A stretch of DNA of 63,524 bases, counting the filler, from Nanobdellota archaeon (GTDB taxonomy: Archaea > Nanobdellota > Nanobdellia > Woesearchaeales > CAZZGN01), in assembly GCA_051819665.1 (NCBI GenBank). It is 7 parts of 5 records of this genome, joined end to end, with 100 filler letters (N's around TTAATTAATTAA, not from the genome) between each part and the next. Parts side by side here need not be neighbours in the genome. Positions count along the whole stretch, not along the records: positions 12,961 to 40,043 come from JBNJDG010000010.1; 6 more parts are not named here. The stretch is one strand, 5' to 3'. The translations under genes were made by a program, and so were the position numbers. The notes beneath the pieces were generated by a model. It searched no databases. It was given only the letters and a program-made list of their open reading frames with translations, and was not told where the DNA came from. Of this stretch, positions 18,413 through 27,438 are shown one piece after another (position 1 is the first letter of the stretch; each line of letters opens with the position of its first letter).

Positions 18413-20590
18413 TCACTCAGATTCCTCATCCTCCTGTTTCATGCCTTTCCTGTTCCTTATCCTGGAAATCACTTTTTCCTGCAGCTCTTCCGGAAGCTTC
18501 TCAAAGATCTGGTCCACCAATGAACTTGAACCTCTTCCGCCGGTGGCTGACCTCAATTCACTTGTAAGGCCGAACATCTCTGCCACAGGGAGTTTTCCTC
18601 TCACTACTGTAAGTTTGCCTTCCTGCTGCATATCAAGGAGCTGTCCTCTCTTGTTGGAGATGAGCTTGGATATCTCACCCATATGCTCTTCAGGCGCCTC
18701 GAATCTCAAGGTCTGCACAGGCTCAAGGAGCTTTGGCTTCGCCTGTTTTATAGCTCCCCTTATACCTTCTCTCACAGCCGGATATAGCTGAGCAGGACCT
18801 CTGTGGATAGCATCCTCGTGAAGCTTCGTGTCGACAAGGCTCACTTTCATGCCAAGTCCCGGTTCACCTGCAAGAGGTGCTGAATTCATGACATCCTCGA
18901 ACATATCGAGGACCATCTCGATGATCTCTCCAATATGGACCTCTCCTCTTGTCTTCTCGACGAAGATGTTACCATTATGAATATCCTTGACCTTGTCTGC
19001 CTCTTTTGTATCCATCCCAAGAGAGACAAGCTTGTCCCTGAGTTCAAGGTCTTTCTTCTTGACCCTTCCCTCATAAAGTTCTCCGGATTTTATAGCATCC
19101 ATTATCTCTTTTGGGAGAGGCTCGACAACGAAATAAAGCTTGTTATGCTTATTCGGCGATTTCCCCTCGAAAGGCGAAGGCGTGCTGGATTCTATGGCCT
19201 CCCTGTAGACCACGATAGGAGGCGAACTCTGTACCTGCACATTCTTCTCCTGGAGGATCCTATTCTCAAGGACTTCCAGATGAAGCTCTCCCATACCGCT
19301 AAGGAGATGCTCGCCCGTCTCTTCATTGATCTCTACCTTTATAGACGGATCTTCCTTGCTTACCTGCTGAAGCACTTCAACGAGCTTCGGGAGATCTGCC
19401 GGATTCTTGGCCTCGATCGCCTTTGTTACGACAGGGTCGAAGATATGGGTTATAGCCTCGAAAGGTTCCTGTTTCTCCTCTGTTATCGTCTCTCCGGGAT
19501 AAGCTTTCGGACCCACAATCCCGATTATGTTCCCGGCAGGTACGTTATCCACTATCTCTCTCTTCTCTCCGTTATATACGAATACCTGCTGGATCCTCGA
19601 ATCCTGTTTACCGACATTCAGATGGACCCTCTGGCCCTTCTTGATGGTTCCGGAGAACAATCTGCCTGCAGCTACTTCACCTGCCTGCGGATCAACGACG
19701 ATCTTGGTCATCACGAAAGCTACAGGCCCGTTAGGATCTGCCTTGGCAAGGGATTTCCCGAATTCACTCTCGGAATCACCGTGCCAGATCTTGGGGATCC
19801 TGTACTGCTGTGCATCCACCGGATTCGGCAGATGAGCGATTACCGCGTTAAGGACGACCTCATGAACAGGCGCTTTCTTAGCGAGCTCATTATAGTCTCC
19901 TCCCGGCTCATAAGCATCGTAGATATCCTTGAAATTCACTTCATTCTCTTTCATATAGGGCATGGACATACCCCAGTTATGGAAAGCAGAACCGAAACAT
20001 ACAGTTCCATCCTCCACCTTCACGTTCCATTTACCTTTCAGCTCCTTAGGCGAAAGGTCATCGATCATCTTGTTCACCTGGTTGATGATCTTCACGAACT
20101 TTGCCTGCATCTGTTCAGGTGAGAGCTGAAGTTCTTTAATGAGCCTGTCAACCTTGTTGATGAAAAGGATGGGTTTTACCCTCTCCCTCAGAGCCTGCTT
20201 GAGAACAGTCTCTGTCTGGGGCATAACACCCTCTACCGCACAGGCAACCACAATGGTTCCGTCAACAGCCCTCATAGCTCTCGTGACGTCACCACCGAAA
20301 TCAACATGCCCCGGTGTATCAATCAGGTTGATCAGATAATCTTCATCCTTGTACTTATGCACCATCGATACAGCTGCTGAATCAATAGTAATCCCTCTCT
20401 CCTGCTCATCATCGTGAAAATCAAGCTGCCTGGCATCCCCTGCAAGGTCTGAAGACATCATGCCGGCGCCTGCAAGCAGATTATCCGAGAAAGTGGTCTT
20501 ACCGTGATCGATATGTGCACAGATAGCTATATTCCTTATGTTCTTAGGGTTCTTCATCGTTGTAGTTACCCTTTCTACCATCTTTGCCAT
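18413..20590 (-). CDS. fusA: Translation elongation factor aEF-2
   Basis: AHIDHGKTT, DTPGHVDF, NKVD and diphthamide loop HEDAIHRGPAQ. Confidence 0.98.
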   Translation of the reverse strand: MAKMVERVTTTMKNPKNIRNIAICAHIDHGKTTFSDNLLAGAGMMSSDLAGDARQLDFHDDEQERGITIDSAAVSMVHKYKDEDYLINLIDTPGHVDFGGDVTRAMRAVDGTIVVACAVEGVMPQTETVLKQALRERVKPILFINKVDRLIKELQLSPEQMQAKFVKIINQVNKMIDDLSPKELKGKWNVKVEDGTVCFGSAFHNWGMSMPYMKENEVNFKDIYDAYEPGGDYNELAKKAPVHEVVLNAVIAHLPNPVDAQQYRIPKIWHGDSESEFGKSLAKADPNGPVAFVMTKIVVDPQAGEVAAGRLFSGTIKKGQRVHLNVGKQDSRIQQVFVYNGEKREIVDNVPAGNIIGIVGPKAYPGETITEEKQEPFEAITHIFDPVVTKAIEAKNPADLPKLVEVLQQVSKEDPSIKVEINEETGEHLLSGMGELHLEVLENRILQEKNVQVQSSPPIVVYREAIESSTPSPFEGKSPNKHNKLYFVVEPLPKEIMDAIKSGELYEGRVKKKDLELRDKLVSLGMDTKEADKVKDIHNGNIFVEKTRGEVHIGEIIEMVLDMFEDVMNSAPLAGEPGLGMKVSLVDTKLHEDAIHRGPAQLYPAVREGIRGAIKQAKPKLLEPVQTLRFEAPEEHMGEISKLISNKRGQLLDMQQEGKLTVVRGKLPVAEMFGLTSELRSATGGRGSSSLVDQIFEKLPEELQEKVISRIRNRKGMKQEDEESE

Positions 20591-20596
20591 TTATAA

Positions 20597-21067
20597 TCAC
20601 CTTCTCTCGTCATCCGCATATAAGAGCTCGAAATCGACCCTCTCATACACAAAAAGTTCATCTTCGTTGAAAAATCTCTTAATCTCATCCTCTGCTACTT
20701 CTTTTGATTCTGATGCATGGATTACATTAGACTGGGTGCTCATAGAAAAGTCCCCTCTTACAGTACCCGGCATAGCCTTGGCACCATGGGTCTCTCCCGC
20801 AAGCTGCCTTACCACTCTTACTGCATCAAGCCCCTCCACTGCTAACAGTATAGAAGGGGAGTGCATCATGAATTCCTTGAGCCTTTTGAAGAAAGGCTTA
20901 TCAGAAAGATGCGAATAGTGCTCATCCAGAGTCTTCTCGTCAAGACGGGCCATCTTAAGCCCCATTATCTTCAGACCTTTCTGTTCGATCCTGCTTATGA
21001 CCTTCCCAACAAGGGATCTGTTAAGAGCATCGGGCTTTATTATTATAAGGGTCCTCTCTATCTTCAT
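20597..21067 (-). CDS. ndk: Nucleoside diphosphate kinase
   Basis: ERTLIIIKPD, PGTVRGDF and NVIHAS. Confidence 0.95.
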   Translation of the reverse strand: MKIERTLIIIKPDALNRSLVGKVISRIEQKGLKIMGLKMARLDEKTLDEHYSHLSDKPFFKRLKEFMMHSPSILLAVEGLDAVRVVRQLAGETHGAKAMPGTVRGDFSMSTQSNVIHASESKEVAEDEIKRFFNEDELFVYERVDFELLYADDERR

Positions 21068-21249
21068 TTTGCCTCCTCCTTTATCCTCTTGTGCTCTTCG
21101 GTCCATTTAGTGGTTCTTGCCTTTCTCTTCAGCTCAAGCATGTTCTTCTCACATTTCCTGCTGTCAAAATAAAGGACCTTACCGTCCTTCTTAACGAACA
21201 TCTTGCCTTTACCCGGTGATATTTCCTTACTACAGAAGCTGCATTTCAT
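21064..21249 (-). CDS. rpl24e: Ribosomal protein eL24
   Basis: KCSFC..ISPGKGKMFVKKDG...KCEKN...KWT. Confidence 0.95.
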   Translation of the reverse strand: MKCSFCSKEISPGKGKMFVKKDGKVLYFDSRKCEKNMLELKRKARTTKWTEEHKRIKEEAK

Positions 21250-21250
21250 T

Positions 21251-21508
21251 TTAAGCCTTACCTCTTCCGCCACGCTTCATCTGCTTGGCTTCGATCTCAG
21301 TCTCTCTGAGCATAAGGGTGTCACCTATCTGGACAGGGCCTCTGACGTTCCTCCTGAGGATCTTATTCTTATCCCTGCCTTCAAGGACCTTGCACCTTAC
21401 AAGGGTCACTGACCCCTGGGTCCCGGCCTTCTCCAATACCTCTTCAACGCTTGCAGGGACTGCATCCGAAAAAGAGACTGATTTTGAATTGTTATTGTCC
21501 TTTGCCAT
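21251..21508 (-). CDS. rps28e: Ribosomal protein eS28
   Basis: VRCKVLEG...RRNVRGPVQIGDTLMLRETEIEA. Confidence 0.95.
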   Translation of the reverse strand: MAKDNNNSKSVSFSDAVPASVEEVLEKAGTQGSVTLVRCKVLEGRDKNKILRRNVRGPVQIGDTLMLRETEIEAKQMKRGGRGKA

Positions 21509-21513
21509 TCTGA

Positions 21514-21855
21514 TCACTTAAGGTTTTCCGCAACCTGTTTAACCTTGTCTTTTGCGTCTCCTTCTTCAACAATCGCTATGCTTCCTGCTCCTACTCCAAG
21601 ACCTGCTGCAACGCCGAGCTCCTCTTTGGATGCTGCTGTTACACAGGGTATACCTTTCTCCTTAGCAAGGAGTGGCAGATGCATTACAACTTCTGGTGGG
21701 TTAACGTCATTAGCCACAAGGACAAGCTTTGCCCTCTGCTTCTCAATCGATTTTGTGACTTCGTTGGTCCCTTTCTTCAGCTTTCCTGATGATTTTGCAA
21801 GTTCTACAGCCTCAAGGGCCGCTTCCATCGTTTCTTTTGATACTTCTTCAGCCAT
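21514..21855 (-). CDS. rpl7ae: Ribosomal protein L7Ae / eL8
   Basis: KKGTNEVTKSIE, DVNPPEVVMHLPLL and SKEELGVAAG. Confidence 0.96.
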   Translation of the reverse strand: MAEEVSKETMEAALEAVELAKSSGKLKKGTNEVTKSIEKQRAKLVLVANDVNPPEVVMHLPLLAKEKGIPCVTAASKEELGVAAGLGVGAGSIAIVEEGDAKDKVKQVAENLK

Positions 21856-21890
21856 TCTAATTACCTCCAATGAGCGTGCAGAAAATTAGC

Positions 21891-21933
21891 ACCTCATTCA
21901 GACACCATTCTGATGTCATCATCAATCATAGGT
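21891..21933 (-). promoter_or_regulatory. Kink-turn (C/D-box) motif in the L7Ae 5' leader
   Basis: Minus strand ATGATGA-CATC-AGAAT-GGTGT-CTGA lies between a TATA-like ATTTATAAA (about 21957-21965) and the GGAGGT RBS of rpl7ae. Confidence 0.7.
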
Positions 21934-22026
21934 CTGGCTTAGGGAAAGGACAGGCATTTATAAATATTTTGGATTATCGCTTTCCCGGACAATAGATTAA
22001 TATTCCTCTGGCTCTCCCCCGTATTC

Positions 22027-22389
22027 ATGGACATACTGGAAAGACTCGGTAAGTCAGGATTCAGGGGCTCATTCCGGCTGGAAGACACCAGCTATATAAA
22101 AAAGAAGGGCCTTGGGATCATAGAGAAGCACGCTTATGAATTCCTTGATAAGAACATAAGAGAAAGACCCGCGAATGACGGGAAGCAAACACCATGGAAA
22201 GGCCATCCTGTCTTCACAGCCCAGCATGCTACCGCTACATGCTGCAGGAAATGCATCGAAAAATGGCATAAGATCCCTAAAGGAAAGAAGCTTGATGAGA
22301 AAGACATGAACTATCTGAAAGACATAATAATGAGATGGATAAAGAGAGAATCCCCTCAGATGAAAGAGAAACAGGAAAGATTATTTTGA
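22027..22389 (+). CDS. DUF4186-family protein
   Basis: PANDGKQTPWKGHPVFTAQHATATCCRKCIEKWH. Confidence 0.92.
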   Translation: MDILERLGKSGFRGSFRLEDTSYIKKKGLGIIEKHAYEFLDKNIRERPANDGKQTPWKGHPVFTAQHATATCCRKCIEKWHKIPKGKKLDEKDMNYLKDIIMRWIKRESPQMKEKQERLF

Positions 22390-22396
22390 GACCAGG

Positions 22397-22576
22397 CTAA
22401 TCACTCTCATCCTCACCATATCCGCATTGGGTGCATACCCTTACCTTGGTAGGTTCTACACCGGCACCGCCGAACTTATGCTGGCTGGCACTGACTACCT
22501 TGAAAGAATGCGAACCGCATCTCTTGCAGGTAAACTCATATTGATAATTATCACCGGTCACTTCCCTGACTGCCAT
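22397..22576 (-). CDS. Small zinc-ribbon protein (59 aa, below the ORF-track cutoff)
   Basis: MAVREVTGDNYQYEFTCKRCG...VRVCTQCGYGEDESD*, with two CxxC motifs. TATA-like TTTATAAA about 25 nt upstream. Confidence 0.75.
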   Translation of the reverse strand: MAVREVTGDNYQYEFTCKRCGSHSFKVVSASQHKFGGAGVEPTKVRVCTQCGYGEDESD

Positions 22577-22670
22577 ATTATAATATAGGAGGTAAAGATT
22601 TTATAAATATTTCCATAATCTGGAGAGCAACAGAAACATTTTTAAATGATATGAGAATCCCAAGCTCTCT

Positions 22671-22928
22671 ATGGAAGGAACAATCACCAATTTCAGGATG
22701 GGAAGACATCATCAGAAGGACAGCCACATGGTAGTTACTGTGAAAGATGTTGACACCAAAGAGAAAGCAGAGAAACTCCTGGGAAAGAAGACAGTCTACA
22801 AGACTGAAGCAGGGAAAGAGCTAAATGGAGAAGTAAGAGCTTCCCACGGCAACAGCGGGGCAGTGAGAGTTGTTTTCGAGAAAGGCATGCCCGGCCAGGC
22901 GGTAGGGAAAAAGGTTGAGATCCAATAA
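22671..22928 (+). CDS. rpl35ae: Ribosomal protein eL33 (L35Ae)
   Basis: ITNFRMGRHHQ and HGNSGAVRVVFEKGMPGQAVG. Confidence 0.93.
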   Translation: MEGTITNFRMGRHHQKDSHMVVTVKDVDTKEKAEKLLGKKTVYKTEAGKELNGEVRASHGNSGAVRVVFEKGMPGQAVGKKVEIQ

Positions 22929-23388
22929 TCCCAACGAAAAGATTCTAGGAGCATTTTTCTTATTGAGGAGAGCCATAGCTTTCATCATAGATTTTATAAT
23001 CGTCGATTTTGTCGTCCTCAGTGCTTTCCAGCCCATAATCAGGAACACAGTAGGTGAAGGCAGCATATCTGAACTGACAGAAACCCTCCGGTCAAGCCCC
23101 GGACTGGTGAATCAGCTCTCTACAATGATGTTTATCGCTTCACTTCTCATCGTACTTTATTTCACGATCCTTGAATGGAAGTTCTCACAGACGCCGGGAC
23201 AGAGACTGATGAGTCTCAGGGTAATGGCTGAAGGGCCCAGATTCTGGCAATATCTGCTCAGTAACGTTTTTATATTTCCTTTCTTCCCCTTCATCCTGTT
23301 ATGGCTAATAGATCCGATATACATGGTAATGACAGGGAGAAGACTCTCAGAGAGGATAGCAGGCCTAAGGATGGTGCAGGTCGTATGA
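22915..23388 (+). CDS. RDD-family membrane protein (start uncertain)
   Basis: RRAIAFIIDF, YFTILE..SQTPGQRLMSLRV and RRLSERIAG. Confidence 0.8.
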   Translation: MRSNNPNEKILGAFFLLRRAIAFIIDFIIVDFVVLSAFQPIIRNTVGEGSISELTETLRSSPGLVNQLSTMMFIASLLIVLYFTILEWKFSQTPGQRLMSLRVMAEGPRFWQYLLSNVFIFPFFPFILLWLIDPIYMVMTGRRLSERIAGLRMVQVV

Positions 23389-24230
23389 GATGGGGATATG
23401 TACTGGGTTTCCTTATCGTGCTCTTCCTGCTCAGCAATTTCATCGCCGGTTTCTTCAATACAGAAGAGATGGGTAATGTGGCAGAGATATCCATTAACGG
23501 GATGATAGCAACTACAGGCGGAGACAGTTTCTCTTCCGTCACAAGCTCAGAAGAGATCATAGAGCTTATAGAGAAGGCGGAGAACAGGGGCATGGAAGCC
23601 ATAATATTCAGGATAAACTCAGGAGGAGGATCCCCTGTAGCTTCCGATGAGATCGGGCAGAAGATTAAGGACCTGAATATGACGACCGTCTCTGCGATAA
23701 GGGATGCAGGAGCTTCAGGTGCTTACTGGGTAGCTACGGCCACAGACCATATCATAGCCAACCGGATGTCCATAACAGGAAGTATAGGTGTGACTTCTTC
23801 CTATCTCGAGCTCTCAGGACTTCTCGAGGATCATAATGTGACATACAGGAGACTCGTTTCAGGAGAATATAAGGACATGGGCTCTCCGTTCAAGGAACTC
23901 TCGGAAGAAGAGAAAGACATGATGATGGATAAGCTTGAGACAATAGAGGGTTTCTTCATAGACGAAGTGGCCGAGAACAGAGAGATGAAGAGAGAGGAAG
24001 TGGAAGAGCTGGCGACAGGAGAATGGTTCCTCGGTTCTGAAGCCAAAGAGGAAGGCCTTGTTGACGAACTGGGAACCATGGAGGATGCAGAGTCCTACCT
24101 TGAAAATGAACTTGACAGGGTGGATATTGTAGAGATGGAGAAGGAAAAATCTTTCTTCGAGAGGCTCTCCAGCGTTTATACAAATAAAGGGAAGATACTG
24201 GAGAAGACTAATCCCCAGCTCCAAAGATAA
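23385..24230 (+). CDS. sppA: Signal peptide peptidase SppA
   Basis: S49 motifs INSGGGSP, GASGAYW and ITGSIGV; ATGA overlap with the RDD gene. Confidence 0.92.
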   Translation: MRWGYVLGFLIVLFLLSNFIAGFFNTEEMGNVAEISINGMIATTGGDSFSSVTSSEEIIELIEKAENRGMEAIIFRINSGGGSPVASDEIGQKIKDLNMTTVSAIRDAGASGAYWVATATDHIIANRMSITGSIGVTSSYLELSGLLEDHNVTYRRLVSGEYKDMGSPFKELSEEEKDMMMDKLETIEGFFIDEVAENREMKREEVEELATGEWFLGSEAKEEGLVDELGTMEDAESYLENELDRVDIVEMEKEKSFFERLSSVYTNKGKILEKTNPQLQR

Positions 24231-24576
24231 GGAGTATTCCCGAGACAATGAGTATTATATTCTTTACTATGGCTATCCCCAGAACATCTCCAAGACTAAA
24301 ACCTATGTTGACGAAATTGTTAACCAGGGGGAAAGCGCCCAAGATTATTATTATAAGGCCGACAATCACACTGACCCATTTCAGGTTATCCTCGTGAGCA
24401 GAGTCGAAAAGGAGGAACAGGCCGCCCATGATGAGCAATATCTCCAGAATTATACCGACTATGCTGAAAGGGAGATCAAAACCTATCAAGCCAATGTTGT
24501 TCAATAGCGGAATCGCTCCGAATGCTGTTGTAATGAAACCCAATATGAGACTTATCCATCCTCTTGTTTCTAACAT
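24208..24576 (-). CDS. Hypothetical four-TM membrane protein
   Basis: Hydrophobic 122-aa ORF. Confidence 0.7.
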   Translation of the reverse strand: MLETRGWISLILGFITTAFGAIPLLNNIGLIGFDLPFSIVGIILEILLIMGGLFLLFDSAHEDNLKWVSVIVGLIIIILGAFPLVNNFVNIGFSLGDVLGIAIVKNIILIVSGILLIFGAGD

Positions 24577-24608
24577 AATTATTACCCAGTATCTCTATTA
24601 TAAAACTT

Positions 24609-25148
24609 TTATTTAAAGTTTGCTATAAAATCCTTTATCTTCTCAACTATCTCTGCTATTGACTTATCAGAAGTGTCGATGACCTTGTCATAATGGCCCT
24701 TATCGAAATAATCAACACCATAATAATGCTTATACCTTTTCTTCTCCGAATCCATCCTGGCAAGCATGTTCTCCTTCGTCTTCTCAAAAGAGGTATTGTA
24801 TCCCTCATCATCTCTCTTTTCATCGAAGACCCTCCTCGCAGAGACCTCAAGGTCAGCGTCAAGGAAGATCTTGACAGAGCCGGGTATGAAGTACCATCCG
24901 AGCCTTGAATCTATGATGATATCATCCTTCTCCTTCCCGAGGTTAATCTGCCTCTGGTCAAGAAGCTTATCTATCGACTTATCATTCTCTGCGAGCTTAC
25001 CAAGTTCCATGAGGGTGAGTCCTCTCTCTTCTGCGATCTCCCTCATCAGGCCGCCGACCGAATGATAACCGAAACCGAGAGAATCGGCAAGTTCCTTCGC
25101 CACTGTCGATTTCCCGCTGCCCGGAAGGCCGGTTATTGTGATTATCAT
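24609..25148 (-). CDS. cmk: Cytidylate kinase, archaeal type
   Basis: GLPGSGKST P-loop and IDSRLG. Confidence 0.9.
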   Translation of the reverse strand: MIITITGLPGSGKSTVAKELADSLGFGYHSVGGLMREIAEERGLTLMELGKLAENDKSIDKLLDQRQINLGKEKDDIIIDSRLGWYFIPGSVKIFLDADLEVSARRVFDEKRDDEGYNTSFEKTKENMLARMDSEKKRYKHYYGVDYFDKGHYDKVIDTSDKSIAEIVEKIKDFIANFK

Positions 25149-25247
25149 CCTAATCCAAAGACTAAAACACATATAATAATCTTTCTGATGAAGGGTCTTT
25201 CATAATCTTTTTAAACCTTCAGGCGGAAGAAAAACACAGGTGATATA

Positions 25248-25586
25248 ATGGGAGAGATAAAAGATTATCTGAATGATCAGGGAGAAAACATGAAAAAGCT
25301 CAAGGAAGCTACACCAGAGAGTATGAAAGGTTTCCATGAGTTCATGACAGCAGTGGAGAAAGACGGGGCCCTTGACGGAAAGACTAAAGAGCTCATAGCA
25401 GTAGCATTATCAGTCAAAGCACAGTGCCACTGGTGCATCTCGATCCATGTGAAGAACTGTCTGGATAAAGGCGCAACAAAGGAAGAGATACTCGAGTCAA
25501 GTTGGGTAGCTGCATTGATGGGAGGAGGACCAAGCCTGATGTATGTGAAACTTGTCCAGGACGCTATTGACGAATTGAGCAGATAA
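25248..25586 (+). CDS. CMD / AhpD-family protein
   Basis: KELIAVALS..CHWCISIH. Confidence 0.9.
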   Translation: MGEIKDYLNDQGENMKKLKEATPESMKGFHEFMTAVEKDGALDGKTKELIAVALSVKAQCHWCISIHVKNCLDKGATKEEILESSWVAALMGGGPSLMYVKLVQDAIDELSR

Positions 25587-25617
25587 TTTTATATATTACT
25601 CCTTCCCATTTATAACT

Positions 25618-26436
25618 ATGAGAGAGGAGTTAATGGAAGACACTGAACCGGGCCTTAGTATGGAGGAAAAAACAACCTTAAGAATAGTAAAAGGGATGAA
25701 ATACATAAGACGCATTGCTTCTAAGAAGAAGGATGAGCCGCAAATTGCCAGAGAGATTGCGAGGTTCTACAACAGGACCAATCATGAGATTGACATAGGT
25801 ACAGCCCGGAGATCTCTTATCTTTTCCCAGGAGAATCATAAAGGACAATACAGGAACAATGACTTTCCAGAGTATGTCCATGGAGCGAATGTCGGATACA
25901 TTACTGCAAGGCTGCTTAACGAAAGCTCTGATGAATTCAGGAAGGCATATAATATAGATGACCTAATAACCGCTTCTAACCTTCATGACACTATAGAGAA
26001 CACTAAGAGATTCGATATAGAGAGGATCTATTCACTTATAGATAATATCAATAATGAGTTCGGGAAGGATCCGCTCGCTATGGCCCTCATAGTTTCTGGA
26101 CTTGATGAATATATACTGGAGAAGCACATGGACGAGATCGAGCATCATACTCAGGAAAATATGAACGGGAAAGACCTCGTGTCCCATATAAAGGATTATG
26201 ACATGGTTCCAGCCGATATGATAAAGACTGCCGACCGTCTTGCAGAGCTGTACAACATGAATGAGATAAGACCCCTATATGGTGAGACAGGAGAAAAGGA
26301 TAAAGAGGAATTCATAAATAATACAAAAGCGGAGATAAAGCCCGTATCAATGAGAGTTGATAAATCCTGTTACCTGAATAATATAAGCATGGAAGTTTTG
26401 CTGGACAGGTTCATAGACTACTTCAGGAATAATTGA
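25618..26436 (+). CDS. HD-domain protein, Mesh1/SAH-like
   Basis: HKGQYR, PEYVH, LHDTIENT and KTADRL. Confidence 0.6.
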   Translation: MREELMEDTEPGLSMEEKTTLRIVKGMKYIRRIASKKKDEPQIAREIARFYNRTNHEIDIGTARRSLIFSQENHKGQYRNNDFPEYVHGANVGYITARLLNESSDEFRKAYNIDDLITASNLHDTIENTKRFDIERIYSLIDNINNEFGKDPLAMALIVSGLDEYILEKHMDEIEHHTQENMNGKDLVSHIKDYDMVPADMIKTADRLAELYNMNEIRPLYGETGEKDKEEFINNTKAEIKPVSMRVDKSCYLNNISMEVLLDRFIDYFRNN

Positions 26437-26487
26437 GAGCAAAGGATTCCACAAACTTTTTTAATGAAATGCAAGTTCTACAGCGTG

Positions 26488-27321
26488 ATGGAATTCAAAG
26501 AGATCAGCATGGAAGACAAGGAATTATTCAACAGCTACCTGAAGGAATACCCAAAGGAATTATCGAAACTGAATTTCACCACCCTATTCTGCTGGCAGGA
26601 ACAGAGAGGAATAGTGTATGCTGAGCATAAAGGCCATCTTATCGTGAAGGATAAAGACAGATATTATGAGCCCATCGGCCCAAAGCCGGCTGAGATGATA
26701 AAGGAGATATTAGATGATGATCCTGAAGGATATTTTGAGAAGGTCTCTGAAGAAGTGGCTGATGAACTTGAAGGCCTTAAAATAGAGGAAAGGAGGGATC
26801 TCTTTGATTATGTCTATGATGCAGAGGAGATGAAAGAGCTGAAAGGGACAAAATTCGAGGAGAAGAGACAGCATATCAACAAGTTCATGAAGAATAACCC
26901 TCAAACATGCTTCCTCGACAATTTCACGAAAGAGGATTTCAAGAGCCTTCAGGAAAGATGGTATAAGATGATGCCTGATGAACAGCTTATCAAAGATGAG
27001 GACAAATCACTGAAGATCGCCCTTGACAATTTCTCAGAACTCGAACTTATGGGTGTATGTGTAAGAGTCAATGAAGAGCTTGTAGGCTTTGCGATAGGAG
27101 AGAGGACAAAGGAAGGAACTTTCGCCGAACATTACGAGAAAGCAGACAGGAACTATAAAGGTGCTTATCAATATGTCCTGTGGGAATTCTGCAAACACCT
27201 GCCGGAAGATGTTAAATTACTTAACAGAGGCCAGGACATAGGCATTCCAGGTATGAGGAAAGCCAAGGAAAGCTATCATCCTGTGAAGATGGTGAAAAAA
27301 TACTCTGTAAGTAAAAAATAA
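26488..27321 (+). CDS. DUF2156-domain protein
   Basis: HYEKAD..YKGAYQ and NRGQDIGIPGMRKAKESYHP. Confidence 0.85.
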   Translation: MEFKEISMEDKELFNSYLKEYPKELSKLNFTTLFCWQEQRGIVYAEHKGHLIVKDKDRYYEPIGPKPAEMIKEILDDDPEGYFEKVSEEVADELEGLKIEERRDLFDYVYDAEEMKELKGTKFEEKRQHINKFMKNNPQTCFLDNFTKEDFKSLQERWYKMMPDEQLIKDEDKSLKIALDNFSELELMGVCVRVNEELVGFAIGERTKEGTFAEHYEKADRNYKGAYQYVLWEFCKHLPEDVKLLNRGQDIGIPGMRKAKESYHPVKMVKKYSVSKK

Positions 27322-27354
27322 TAAATAGAAGCTCTCTTTCTCCGGAAGTGTTAT

Positions 27355-27438
27355 GCCGTCGTCGCATAATCTGGTAGTGCGCCTGCCTCGAGAGCAGGTT
27401 TCCTTCGGGATATCCCGGTTCAAATCCGGGCGGCGGCG
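27355..27438 (+). tRNA. tRNA-Ser(CGA)
   Basis: 84-nt cloverleaf with anticodon CGA, long variable arm and discriminator G; CCA not encoded. Confidence 0.95.

Noticed and set aside
18935..20122. 395-aa ORF, and similar ones such as 7434-8084 and 8237-8818
   Set aside because: Antisense shadows of conserved genes (aEF-2, gpmI, MarC) with no recognisable motifs.
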